DNA of 64,000 nucleotides, taken from IMG/VR virus record IMGVR_UViG_3300033073_001607, positions 2,419 through 66,418 of that record; one strand, given 5' to 3'. The DNA is from a virus (lineage: Duplodnaviria; Caudoviricetes). The translations under genes were made by a program, and so were the position numbers. The notes under the pieces are model-generated. The model saw only the letters and a list, made by a program, of their open reading frames with translations. It was not told the origin of the DNA and ran no database searches. Positions 16,859 through 26,086 of the stretch are shown here, in pieces (the first letter of the stretch is position 1; every line of letters starts with the position of its first letter).

Positions 16859-17889
16859 CAGGCCCAGCTCGTCTCTTCTCGCGTGACAGTGACACCGAAG
16901 TCGAACGTGCCCGTCGCGCTGCCCTTCACGTTGACGAATCCGGTCATGCCGGAGTGTCCGATCACGATGCCCGAGCCGACAGAGAGGCCGGTGAACCCTA
17001 CGCCAGACGCTGTAACCTCGTCGTTCCACGAGGCCTCGAGCGACCCCATGGTCGCGACGGCGCCGTTTGCCCAGATGCGCGCTCGGCGCCCGTAGCTGCC
17101 GCCCGCAGCGCCACCGCTGGGGACGGCGTTCGCCGAGATGAAGACTGAGGTGATGGCCTCGTCGATGATCTTCCACGCGTAGATGGGCTGGCCGGCGGCG
17201 GAGTTCGTGGTCTTGAGGTTCTTGATCTCTGTGTATGTCCTGTGCCTGGCGTTGCCGAGTGCCGCTGATGCAACGCCCGTGTAGACGGTAGTGCCGCCGA
17301 ACACGGAATCCTTTGTCACGACGAGCGACGAGATGGCGACACTGAACGTCGACGGCGTGTAGTTCATGCCGCTCGCGCCAGCGAACGAGGCACCGCTATG
17401 GTATTGGAACTGATTCGTGGAGCCGCCTGGTGGTGTGCCTGTGCCGCTCGACGGATTCCGAATGAGGTCGTTGACCCACTTGATCCAGCCGAAGGTCGCG
17501 TCTCCCTCCGTCGTCTCGTCGGCAGCCATGACGCGACGACTGCCGCTGGTCAGTGTATAGACGCAGAAGGTCGTCTCGAGCGCGGGGTCGACGACGCGGT
17601 TGACGTCGAGGCCGTTGTTGACCCTCGAGCGGAATCGGTACGCCTTGCCAGCAGCCGGCGCAGTGAACGTTGCCGTACGAAGTGCGCTGTCGATGGTCAG
17701 CGAGGCGGTCACCGTCGCCGCGTCGCTCGTATCGTCTGTCGTCGCGCACTCGATGAGCCACGTCGAGACGTCGACCGTGCTCGCGAGGCGAATGACGATG
17801 TTGTTCGCCGGCGTGATGTCGACGCCGTTGGTCGTCGCAGCGTATGCCGCTGCGCCGTTCTTCACTTCGCACGTGGGAGATGCAGACAT
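16858..17889 (-). CDS. Putative tail fibre protein
   Basis: Beta-rich, Thr/Gly-rich; lies in the fibre block; TGATG-coupled. Confidence 0.7.
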   Translation of the reverse strand: MSASPTCEVKNGAAAYAATTNGVDITPANNIVIRLASTVDVSTWLIECATTDDTSDAATVTASLTIDSALRTATFTAPAAGKAYRFRSRVNNGLDVNRVVDPALETTFCVYTLTSGSRRVMAADETTEGDATFGWIKWVNDLIRNPSSGTGTPPGGSTNQFQYHSGASFAGASGMNYTPSTFSVAISSLVVTKDSVFGGTTVYTGVASAALGNARHRTYTEIKNLKTTNSAAGQPIYAWKIIDEAITSVFISANAVPSGGAAGGSYGRRARIWANGAVATMGSLEASWNDEVTASGVGFTGLSVGSGIVIGHSGMTGFVNVKGSATGTFDFGVTVTREETSWA

Positions 17890-17906
17890 GTCTCAGTCCT
17901 CGCCTT

Positions 17907-19280
17907 TCACCACGAGATCTCGATGCGCCCGCTGGCACCGTTCCCGCCACTCCCGCCGTTGGGCGGAGTCGTGTCGCCGCCACCGGCTCCGCCACCACCG
18001 CCACCCGCACCGGTGTACTCGGCCGCAGTCGTCCCGTCGGAGCCCGCCACGCCGTTGCCAGGCGCACTGGCGCCAGCACCTCCAGCACCACCGTCCCCTC
18101 CGATCCCAAACGCACCAGCCCCGCCGCCAGCCCCCGGCCCGCCGCCGTAGTGGCTATTGTCCGCGCCGAATGTGCTCGGAGATCCTCCCGTGTGTCCGTT
18201 CTGGCCGATCCCGTACTGGATCCCTGCACGGATGAGCGAAAGCGAGATGGCCGTGAACCCGTGGACGGCGAGGCCTCCCTCGCCCGGCGCGCGAGCGCCA
18301 ACGAACGGCATGGCGAAACCGCTGTAGACAGCGATGCCCGTCGGCCCGCTTGCGGTGAACGTCTTGATGGGTCCGCCACCGAGCGCGATGCCGGCTTGTC
18401 CAATCCCGGAGCTCGACACGAAGATGCCTGGCCGCCCACCATTCGCGCCTGGGAACCGAGCGAGGACGGTGCCGCTCGACGTCGCGAACGTCGAGTCTCC
18501 GCCGTCCGCGCCAGCGGTCGGAATCGTTCCACTGCCAGACCCGCCAGCACCGCCAGCGCCGATGGTGATCGTGTACGTCTGGCCTGGCGTGACCTGCACG
18601 CGATGACGAGCTCGGACAGCGCCTCCGCCGCCACCGCCACCAGTTCCGAACCCGAACGTCGATGCAGGAGCCTTGTTGCCTCCAGCGCCCCCGCCGCCGC
18701 CGCCGCAGCCCTCGAGCAAGACCTCGAAGACGCCGGGTGGGCACGTCCACGTCGTCGTCGCGTAGACCGTGAAGCTCCGCGACTGACTGCGAGCATTGCC
18801 GAACAGTGCCCACTGTCCGTCTGGGCCCATCAGGAACTCGGCGCGGTCGCCTTGGGCGCTGTAGCTAGGAAGCGTGCCTGCGACACGGCCGAGCCTGAAG
18901 AGTCCGGTGCCGCTCGTGTTCTTGATGTCGGCGTAGCCACTGGGTGACTGGCCAGTGCCGTGGATCGCGAAGATGATCCTGTCTCCACCGGTGGCGCCGG
19001 AGTGCCCCAGCGTGTACGCGCGGGCGGCCGTGAGTGTAGGGACCCGCACGATCGACACGCCATCCTGGACGTGGAACGTCGCGGCCGCGTCGGGCCCCGT
19101 CTGTACAGTACAGATGATGCGCCCGGCACCAGTGGCGACCAGCATCGACATGAAGATGTCCTGCCGGCCTGAGCGCTTGTCGATCGCTGCCTCATGGAGC
19201 GCATCGGTCGCGTTCGCTTGTGGGCTCGTGAACATCTCGCCGATGCCCCAGCCGCTGGTGTTGCTCCTTTCGATCGTCAT
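17907..19280 (-). CDS. Glycine-rich tail fibre protein
   Basis: TTTWTCPPGVFEVLLEGCGGGGGG...VTPGQTYTITIGAGG glycine-rich domain; follows the baseplate wedge gene. Confidence 0.8.
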   Translation of the reverse strand: MTIERSNTSGWGIGEMFTSPQANATDALHEAAIDKRSGRQDIFMSMLVATGAGRIICTVQTGPDAAATFHVQDGVSIVRVPTLTAARAYTLGHSGATGGDRIIFAIHGTGQSPSGYADIKNTSGTGLFRLGRVAGTLPSYSAQGDRAEFLMGPDGQWALFGNARSQSRSFTVYATTTWTCPPGVFEVLLEGCGGGGGGAGGNKAPASTFGFGTGGGGGGGAVRARHRVQVTPGQTYTITIGAGGAGGSGSGTIPTAGADGGDSTFATSSGTVLARFPGANGGRPGIFVSSSGIGQAGIALGGGPIKTFTASGPTGIAVYSGFAMPFVGARAPGEGGLAVHGFTAISLSLIRAGIQYGIGQNGHTGGSPSTFGADNSHYGGGPGAGGGAGAFGIGGDGGAGGAGASAPGNGVAGSDGTTAAEYTGAGGGGGGAGGGDTTPPNGGSGGNGASGRIEISW

Positions 19281-19299
19281 CGCCTCACCTGAGCCAGCG

Positions 19300-20034
19300 T
19301 CATTGGCTAAAAACGTTGTTGTCGAGATTCGCGATCGAATCGAGGTAGAAGCCGCCCTGCGACGGTCCACCGGAGACCGCAACGGCCGGCGCTTCCGTCG
19401 GTGCGCGGTACCAGTTGAACGTCATCCATGCAGGGAGCAGCGAATCTAGGATCGGGGAGACCTTCGCCGCCGCTGTGTAGAAGTCGCCCTCTGTCGCGCC
19501 CTCCGGCTTGACGAGCAAGACGAGCAGGTGCGCCGTCGTCGACGACCACGGATGTCCGTTCGCAACGGTCCCCCATGGGTACGAAGGATCCGGAACGTGA
19601 ATGACGGCGTTGTCGTAGCTGATGTACTCGATCGCCGAGAAGTAGGTCGGAATGGCGGCTCGGAGCGCGCTCTCGATGCGATCGTGGAATGCACTCGCGT
19701 CGAGGAACCTTCGAAAGCGAGCGCGAACAGCGATTCGACGCGAGGCGGCGGTAGCGCCTGGCGACGGGACGATCTTGAAGATGCCTTCCCAGCGCTCGAG
19801 GAAGTCCGTCATCCGGAGCGGGTCTCGCTGATTGCCGAGCCGCTCCGCTGTGCCGTGGCCGTCGAAGACGATGGCTCGAGCCCAAGCCATGTCCTCGATG
19901 TATGCGACGCTTGATGGGTCAGACGCGTCGATGGCGGTGCCACGAGCTGCGTTCAACGCCTCATGGACGACTTGCAAGAGCGGACGCCCGCCTCCGTACC
20001 GCCTCGGGTACGGGTGATAGCCGCCGTATCCCAT
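19300..20034 (-). CDS. Baseplate wedge protein (Mu gp48/YmfQ-like)
   Basis: DPLRMTDFLERWEGIFKI...RRIAVRARF motif; position after baseplate J. Confidence 0.7.
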   Translation of the reverse strand: MGYGGYHPYPRRYGGGRPLLQVVHEALNAARGTAIDASDPSSVAYIEDMAWARAIVFDGHGTAERLGNQRDPLRMTDFLERWEGIFKIVPSPGATAASRRIAVRARFRRFLDASAFHDRIESALRAAIPTYFSAIEYISYDNAVIHVPDPSYPWGTVANGHPWSSTTAHLLVLLVKPEGATEGDFYTAAAKVSPILDSLLPAWMTFNWYRAPTEAPAVAVSGGPSQGGFYLDSIANLDNNVFSQ

Positions 20035-20041
20035 GGCGCTC

Positions 20042-20560
20042 CTAGACGAAGAAGACCGTGATGAGCTCGCCGACGAGATCGTCGAGCAGCATCTGGCCAG
20101 AGGCGTTGGCTTTGTACGTGTAGATCCGGATGGTCTGCGCAGCGGTGACCTTGGCCTGCGCCACGCACAGTGTCGATCCCGTCTGCTCGATGTTGCCCCA
20201 CGCTCGCCGAATGGCGACCGAGTGACTGGTTGCGAGCTCGTCGGTGACCGTCGACGGGCTGATGATGTCGTAGATCCCCGTCTGGACGTGCGTGACGGAT
20301 GGCTTGACTGTCGACGAATCACCCCACACAGCATCGTGGATGAAGCCGCTTGACGGGTCGGCGATCGACGTTGCGCCGCCGCTGGTCCCGAGGAACGACC
20401 GCGCGCCGCGGGTGATCGTGTGCGTCATCATGGCGACGTTGGCGGCGTACTTGTTGCGCCATGCAGCGTCCTCGTCGGTGGTCGGATCGATGACGTCGAT
20501 CGGATAGTTCGCCAGCGGGCCGCCGTAGGTCTGAATGGAGTCTCGATCGGGGAGCGTCAT
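20042..20560 (-). CDS. Hypothetical baseplate/tail protein
   Basis: Fills operon space on the coding strand; beta-rich. Confidence 0.65.
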   Translation of the reverse strand: MTLPDRDSIQTYGGPLANYPIDVIDPTTDEDAAWRNKYAANVAMMTHTITRGARSFLGTSGGATSIADPSSGFIHDAVWGDSSTVKPSVTHVQTGIYDIISPSTVTDELATSHSVAIRRAWGNIEQTGSTLCVAQAKVTAAQTIRIYTYKANASGQMLLDDLVGELITVFFV

Positions 20561-20578
20561 CGTGTCATGGTCTCCGGT

Positions 20579-20791
20579 ATGGCGAATACGCTCCGCGGTT
20601 CACAGGTGAAGACATCGCTGCTCAACGAGGAGCAGGTTCTGGCGTTGTGCATGGCCCGCAGTCGCGGATGTACGTTCAGCGAACTAGCCATTGCGTTCGA
20701 CATCAGCCGAACGCAGGCATTCCGCATCGTTCACGGCGAGTCTTGGGCTCACCTCACGGGAGGCGATAGAACCCGATGTACCGCGGGATGA
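20579..20791 (+). CDS. Stand-alone HTH (resembles the C-terminal DNA-binding domain of HNH homing endonucleases), antisense to the baseplate operon
   Basis: RGSQVKTSLLNEEQV...FSELAIAFDISRTQAFRIVHGESWAH; occupies the only gap in the operon. Confidence 0.6.
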   Translation: MANTLRGSQVKTSLLNEEQVLALCMARSRGCTFSELAIAFDISRTQAFRIVHGESWAHLTGGDRTRCTAG

Positions 20792-22268
20792 ATTGGTTGG
20801 GCGGGTCGGTCACCGTCGCGGGGATCTGCGGCGTCAGCAGGCCAGACGCGCCCGTCTTGGTGACGGTGCCATCAGTGCGGTGCAGATACTGAGTGTCGAG
20901 CACCTCATCGCCGGCATCGGACAGACCTCGGAGCATCGACGGACCAACCGAATAGGGCCAGCCGGTGCTGACGACAGGGTGCCGGAACCCGCGCACGAGC
21001 GCAGAGACGTTGTCCGTCTTCTCTCCGGGCCCCATGAGCTTGAAGTGCTCGAGGACCGCGTCCACGTAGGTCTGCGCGTTCTGGCACTCGGGCCAGATGT
21101 ACGCGCCCGTAGCGATTCCAGTGAACGGGTTGTCGATTGTGATGAGGTACGTTCCCGACGTGCCCGAGTAGGCTGTCACGAGGGCGGTGTAGAGTTTCTG
21201 CTCCGAGTGGCTGTACCAGGCGATCCGCGTGACGTTGATCGTCGGCGCCGTGGTGGCGTCGACCGTGAACTGCGTCGTGCTCGTGACGGCAGTGACAGTG
21301 CAGCGGAACGTCGATGTTCCGTCCACGGACGGCCACGGGGTGCCGTTGGTCCAGCCTCCGCCAGGGCCAGGAGGGTTTGCCGTGGGCGCTTCAGGCAGCG
21401 AGAGGCCGATCGCAACGTCGGTGTTCACGTCCGTCACCGTCGTCGTCACGATGTGAGCGTGCGTCGGAAGCTTCCCTTTGATGTACGGGTCGACCACTCC
21501 GCTCACCGTCGCGGATGCGACGACGCGACTCACGCTGTCGTCTGTTGGAGCCGCAGCGATTGCCACGTGGACTGTGCCCGGGCCCTGGATGGCCGGGTAG
21601 ACAAACGCCTTCTGGACACTCGCGATCGACTCTTCTGCGATCTCCGCGACGTGCTCCCAGTTCCCTGCACCGGGCGGGGTCCTGTAGACGGCCAGGATCC
21701 GCTCGCGGAAGACCTCGTCATCCTCGGCGTCGATGCCGTTCGTGAGTCCGCCGGTCGCGACGAGCGCGGTCGGCGACGAGTATGGTGGTGCCGAGACCCA
21801 ACGGAGGACGTCACCCTCGGCGTGGTTCGTCGCTGCGCCCGTGTCGATCGCACGGATCGGAATGGTCGCGCCATCGGCGTATGTGCCACCGATGATGACA
21901 GCGAACCGAAGGCCAGCCGTGTCGGTGAGTTCGCGCCCAGTCTCGACGGGACTGTCCGCGGACGACTCGAGCACAATGCCACCGATGGAACCCGCCGCGC
22001 CCTGCTTGGCGCGATCGAGAAGTTCGCCCTCTCGCTTCAGGTCCTCGCCGGTCGCCGTGTCTGGCATCTGCGCGTCCGCCTTCACCACCGCGCTCGCGCC
22101 AACGACGGCCATCTCGTTGCCGAGAGCCGTCGCAATGATGTGGAAGTCGCTCGCCGGACCGACGTATGGGTTCGCGACGCCCTGTCTGATGATCCCGTTC
22201 TTGATGGTGCGGAGGATGTCATCGCGTACTGCGATTGCGTCCTTCACGACAAACTGCCGAAACGCCAT
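20754..22268 (-). CDS. Baseplate J-like protein (Mu gp47-like)
   Basis: PDTATGEDL, GLTNGIDAEDDEVFRERIL...PPGAGN, AFVYPAIQGPGTV motifs. Confidence 0.92.
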   Translation of the reverse strand: MAFRQFVVKDAIAVRDDILRTIKNGIIRQGVANPYVGPASDFHIIATALGNEMAVVGASAVVKADAQMPDTATGEDLKREGELLDRAKQGAAGSIGGIVLESSADSPVETGRELTDTAGLRFAVIIGGTYADGATIPIRAIDTGAATNHAEGDVLRWVSAPPYSSPTALVATGGLTNGIDAEDDEVFRERILAVYRTPPGAGNWEHVAEIAEESIASVQKAFVYPAIQGPGTVHVAIAAAPTDDSVSRVVASATVSGVVDPYIKGKLPTHAHIVTTTVTDVNTDVAIGLSLPEAPTANPPGPGGGWTNGTPWPSVDGTSTFRCTVTAVTSTTQFTVDATTAPTINVTRIAWYSHSEQKLYTALVTAYSGTSGTYLITIDNPFTGIATGAYIWPECQNAQTYVDAVLEHFKLMGPGEKTDNVSALVRGFRHPVVSTGWPYSVGPSMLRGLSDAGDEVLDTQYLHRTDGTVTKTGASGLLTPQIPATVTDPPNQFIPRYIGFYRLP

Positions 22269-22753
22269 CAGATGAACTCCTCGTGCGTCTGCTTGGTCGT
22301 CAGGTCACGCCACTTCAGTCGTCCGAACACGGCTCCAGCGAGCATCCCGTTCTTGCTGTCGCCGGCAACGAACTGCGAGAACCCGAGCACCTCGACCATC
22401 CCGGCCTGAACGAGCGGTCGCAGTGCCTCGCTGAGGATGCTGAAAACCTGGCGTTCGATGTTGGGGCCGATGCGCTGGATACTCGAGAGCCTGTTGCCGA
22501 GGCCACGAACTGCGCTCGAGTTCTGGACGGTGTGAACAGCAATCAGGACGGCATGTCTGACGGTCGACATTCCGAGGATGCGTCCGTTCTCATCGAGCAC
22601 GAACGTCCTGCTCCTCGGATCAATCAAGCGGGCGCCGAGCGTCTCTCCTGTAATCTCGTCGCGCAGGAAGCCACCACCGAACGTCGTTGCGTCCGGCGAC
22701 GTGCCGTAGCCAGCTGTCGTACGACCGGCCTTCTGGAGTCCTGCACCGCTCAT
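22268..22753 (-). CDS. Baseplate wedge/sheath initiator (gp46/gp25-like)
   Basis: Size, position before baseplate J, and ...EALRPLV... pattern. Confidence 0.7.
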   Translation of the reverse strand: MSGAGLQKAGRTTAGYGTSPDATTFGGGFLRDEITGETLGARLIDPRSRTFVLDENGRILGMSTVRHAVLIAVHTVQNSSAVRGLGNRLSSIQRIGPNIERQVFSILSEALRPLVQAGMVEVLGFSQFVAGDSKNGMLAGAVFGRLKWRDLTTKQTHEEFI

Positions 22754-22757
22754 TGGT

Positions 22758-23012
22758 TCACTCGTTGGGGCACTTGAGCGGAATGGCTTTCAGGTACTCG
22801 TTGAACGTCGTGATGTAGGCGTTGAGCGTGGTGATGACAGCGGGCGTGAGCACCGTCGATGGGATGGGGATGGGCGGGGCGACGACCGAGATCGTGAACA
22901 GCCGGCAGCAGAACGTCAGGTCGCCCGGCGACGGAATCTGCGGGAGCGGCAGCGACAGCGTCAGCGGCGACGGCAGCGTCGGCAGCGTGGGGATGGGGTT
23001 CTGGGTGCACAT
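22758..23012 (-). CDS. Small Pro-rich hypothetical protein (spike-tip position)
   Basis: Start overlaps the spike stop; 84 aa with CC and a terminal CP. Confidence 0.6.
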   Translation of the reverse strand: MCTQNPIPTLPTLPSPLTLSLPLPQIPSPGDLTFCCRLFTISVVAPPIPIPSTVLTPAVITTLNAYITTFNEYLKAIPLKCPNE

Positions 23013-23866
23013 TAGGCGGAGCTCGAGGTGCCGGCCGGAACGGAGGCGGCGGCTGCCACAACGGCGGCGGCCGAGGCGGTGACAGCGGCAGCGCTACCAC
23101 CACCACCACCAATCGCGACGATGGCAGCCTGCATGGCCGTGATTGCGGCCTGCATCGCAGTGAACGTGGCGAGTGTGCCGACCGCGAATGCAAGCGGTTG
23201 CGTCACCCCTGCTCCGAGGGACTGGCAGCTCGAGGTGGTCGTCACCGCCGCTGCTTGGATGCTGCAGTATGTGCCGATCTGGTCGAGCGGTGCGGGCATG
23301 CCATTGATGCCGCCCATGTGGAACTCTGCGCCAGACGAGTGGACGACATGGAAGCCCGACTGGTCGAACCGCATAGTTCCCCACGGAGCCGCCCACGAGA
23401 ATCCGTCCATGAGGCCGGTGTCGTCGTCCAGGCCCTTGCCAACGCGTGCGTAGATGGCCTTCCCACCAGCGACGTTGCCCTCAGTGGTGAAGTGGGTGAT
23501 GGCACCGTCATCGCGCCAGAGCGTGCGAGCCTGACCAGTGCCCTCCTCACCCGCGGCGTACACGCACGTCTCGCCAGCCTTGAGGTTTCCGTAGAGTTCG
23601 AGGCCTCGCAGGTCCTGTGAATTGGTGATGATGTCGTGGTCACCTGCGCGGACGACGACGGCCTGAGCCGCCTTGGTCTTCGCCTCTGGCTTCGACGGGC
23701 GCGACGCGAAGCCGACGTGCTGCCACCACTCGGCGTTGTCTGAATCGGTCGTCTCGGCGACGACGCTGCCGATCTGTGCGAGCACCCTCCTCGTCTTTTC
23801 GTTCACGATGGTGGTGAGAACGTCGAACCCAACGTGGATCAGGCTCTTCAGATCGGGAGCGCCCAT
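23012..23866 (-). CDS. Baseplate spike (Mu gp45-like)
   Basis: EWWQHVGFASRP and LKAGETCVY motifs. Confidence 0.85.
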   Translation of the reverse strand: MGAPDLKSLIHVGFDVLTTIVNEKTRRVLAQIGSVVAETTDSDNAEWWQHVGFASRPSKPEAKTKAAQAVVVRAGDHDIITNSQDLRGLELYGNLKAGETCVYAAGEEGTGQARTLWRDDGAITHFTTEGNVAGGKAIYARVGKGLDDDTGLMDGFSWAAPWGTMRFDQSGFHVVHSSGAEFHMGGINGMPAPLDQIGTYCSIQAAAVTTTSSCQSLGAGVTQPLAFAVGTLATFTAMQAAITAMQAAIVAIGGGGGSAAAVTASAAAVVAAAASVPAGTSSSA

Positions 23867-23874
23867 GACATCAC

Positions 23875-25143
23875 CTAGAAGACGATCGAGTTGAGGCGAA
23901 CGAGGTCGAGTCGCGTGGTCGTGCCAGGCGACATGCGTCGCTTGGAGTAGTGGACGCCGAGGACGTACATGGTCTCGTGCAGCTCGGCCGCGTCGTCACG
24001 AACGGCCACGAGCGTGTCTGGGGTCCACGCTGAGAATGCGCCATCGACGTTCATGCCATGGCCCTCGACCGTGTAGTGACACGTCAACGCCTTGCGGAGG
24101 ATGAGGCTCAGCTCGCGCTTGACGAACGCGTTCAGCTGCTCCGGCGTCTTGCTCTCGTCGTCGTGCAGGAACATCGGCCGGAACGGGATGTTCGTGGCTC
24201 GGAACGCGAAGGATGCGGCGGGAAGTGTGTTCTCGACGGCATCCGGAAAGCGCTTGAGGAGCGCCTTTACGTCGTCGGTGTGCTCTCCCTCATCGGTCAG
24301 TCCGAGGATGGGGTTGACCGCATATGCGCGGATCCGACTCTTGCCGAACTCGCCGCCACCGGAGAACCCGTCCGCGATGATGACCGCTGGCTGCTCGGTC
24401 ATGTCGTAGCGGACAGTGCCATCGAGGATGTTGCCGTTCCCAGCGCGGTCCCGACGCAGCGTGAACGCCGGCTCCTGGTCGAAGTCGGGCTTCGAGATGA
24501 TGAGCTTTTCGCCGTCCACCGAAGGCCAGATCCACAGCCCGAACCTCTGCGCGACGCGAGATGTGAAGTGGAAGACGCTCTCGTGGTTGTACGGCTTCGT
24601 CTGGTGGAGCCGGTGGTCCTTCTTCTCGGCCCCGAATGTCTTCTTGGCCTTGGACAGCTTTCCGTTACGGTCGCCGGCCGTGGCGACTCGGTTCGCGGTG
24701 TTGTCGAAGACGAAGTGCTCGTCGTTCACCCACCCAAACGGCTCGTACATGCGCCGTAGAAGGTCGATGAGCGTCGCATTCTCCTTGAGCTGGAACGTTG
24801 GATCGACGACCGCGTCGAGTGCTTGGCCCAGTCGATCTCGCCCGTTGATGGCGTACGTGAGACCGCCCCCGCGATCTGCGCCGATCTCGACTGAGTCGAT
24901 GTAGCCCTCCGCGAGGCAGACGTTGTCGATGTACGGCCGGACGCGCTCGCCGAGCTTCAGTGCGCGACGATGGCTATCAGGGAGGCGCTCGTCACCGAGA
25001 TCGAACGAGAACGAATCGCTCGGCGTAAGCATGTCACGCGCGAACTCGTAACCATTCCAGTCTCGGAGTTCGACGTGCTCGCTCATCAGCCGAAGACGGA
25101 CACTTTGGCCGTCAGGGCTGCTGGGCTTGTAGTCGACGGTCAC
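23875..25143 (-). CDS. Baseplate hub (Mu gp44/gpP-like)
   Basis: DMLTPSDSFSF, GYIDSV, INGRD...AVVD, WTPDTLVAVRD motifs. Confidence 0.88.
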   Translation of the reverse strand: MTVDYKPSSPDGQSVRLRLMSEHVELRDWNGYEFARDMLTPSDSFSFDLGDERLPDSHRRALKLGERVRPYIDNVCLAEGYIDSVEIGADRGGGLTYAINGRDRLGQALDAVVDPTFQLKENATLIDLLRRMYEPFGWVNDEHFVFDNTANRVATAGDRNGKLSKAKKTFGAEKKDHRLHQTKPYNHESVFHFTSRVAQRFGLWIWPSVDGEKLIISKPDFDQEPAFTLRRDRAGNGNILDGTVRYDMTEQPAVIIADGFSGGGEFGKSRIRAYAVNPILGLTDEGEHTDDVKALLKRFPDAVENTLPAASFAFRATNIPFRPMFLHDDESKTPEQLNAFVKRELSLILRKALTCHYTVEGHGMNVDGAFSAWTPDTLVAVRDDAAELHETMYVLGVHYSKRRMSPGTTTRLDLVRLNSIVF

Positions 25144-26078
25144 TTCTGTTCCGGCTTCTCGTAGTAGCGGACGCGCGTGTTCTCCGGCACCGTCGGACGC
25201 GTCATCAGGCTTGGGTTGAGCGACATGATGTCGCCGACCGTCGCGCCTGGGATGAGCCTCGCGAGACCGGCGATCGTCGTCTCGGCACGCACGCGGTAGT
25301 AGGCGATCTTCCGGTCTGCCTTGAGCAAGTCCTGGCGGAGCTCATGCGCTGCGGCGTTGACCTTCTCGCGATCTTGCGCGGCAGGCCACGTGTACGCCTC
25401 GCGAGCCCGTTCGGCGGACTCGGCGACCTTGTTGAAGCGGTACACGATTGCGTCGATGCGCCCCGCAATTCGGTTCTGCAACAGCGTGGGCGTGTCCACG
25501 ACCGCCTGGATCTTTCGGACGAGATCCATGCAGTCGTTCTGGAACGTTGGAAGATGGATCCCTTTGGCAGCGAGCAGCGCTTTGAGGTCTACCTTCGTGT
25601 TGTCGGAGTCGAGGTTCAACGCAGCGAGTTCGATCTCCTGCACTGGACTCGGGAACTCGAGGACGTTGGCATCGTTGGCGATGAGGGTCTCAACGAATGT
25701 GAGCTCTGCATCGACGCCACCGCGCTTGCTAGCGTCCCAGTCGATGTCGAACCGCTCGGCCTTGCAGGCGATCTCGCCGAACTCTGGGTGCTGAAGAACG
25801 CCGGTTTCTTTGTTCTGGAATGCAGCGAAGAGCGCGCGAAACTGGTTCGGGTAGAGCACCGACCACGTCTCGCCCTTGCCCGGCACAATGCCGTTTGTGA
25901 GCGGTGCAGAGAACGAGAACCGGTACGGCGCCAAGCCTGTCGCCTCAACGCGAGCGCCGTCTCGACCCCACGTCTTGTGCTCGACGAGGTCGTGCGCGAG
26001 CGTCATTCTCATCTTCGTGACAGGGAACTCCACATCCCTCCACTTCGCCGGGAGGAATTGCTCGAAGAGCTCCGACAT
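25140..26078 (-). CDS. Mu gpN-like 'DNA circularization' N-terminal domain protein with C-terminal LysM-like domain
   Basis: PAKWRDVEFPV...HDLVEH...DGARVEATG, GVLQHPEFG; ETTIAGLAR...IMSLNP. Confidence 0.85.
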   Translation of the reverse strand: MSELFEQFLPAKWRDVEFPVTKMRMTLAHDLVEHKTWGRDGARVEATGLAPYRFSFSAPLTNGIVPGKGETWSVLYPNQFRALFAAFQNKETGVLQHPEFGEIACKAERFDIDWDASKRGGVDAELTFVETLIANDANVLEFPSPVQEIELAALNLDSDNTKVDLKALLAAKGIHLPTFQNDCMDLVRKIQAVVDTPTLLQNRIAGRIDAIVYRFNKVAESAERAREAYTWPAAQDREKVNAAAHELRQDLLKADRKIAYYRVRAETTIAGLARLIPGATVGDIMSLNPSLMTRPTVPENTRVRYYEKPEQK

Positions 26079-26086
26079 GGGGTCCC

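Noticed and set aside
17941-18760. GC-rich short repeats as a tandem array or CRISPR
   Set aside because: They are Gly codon runs of the fibre protein; no repeat-spacer periodicity or cas genes anywhere in the window
13566-19280. Diversity-generating retroelement or invertible fibre cassette
   Set aside because: No reverse transcriptase, template/variable repeat pair, invertase or flanking inverted repeats seen
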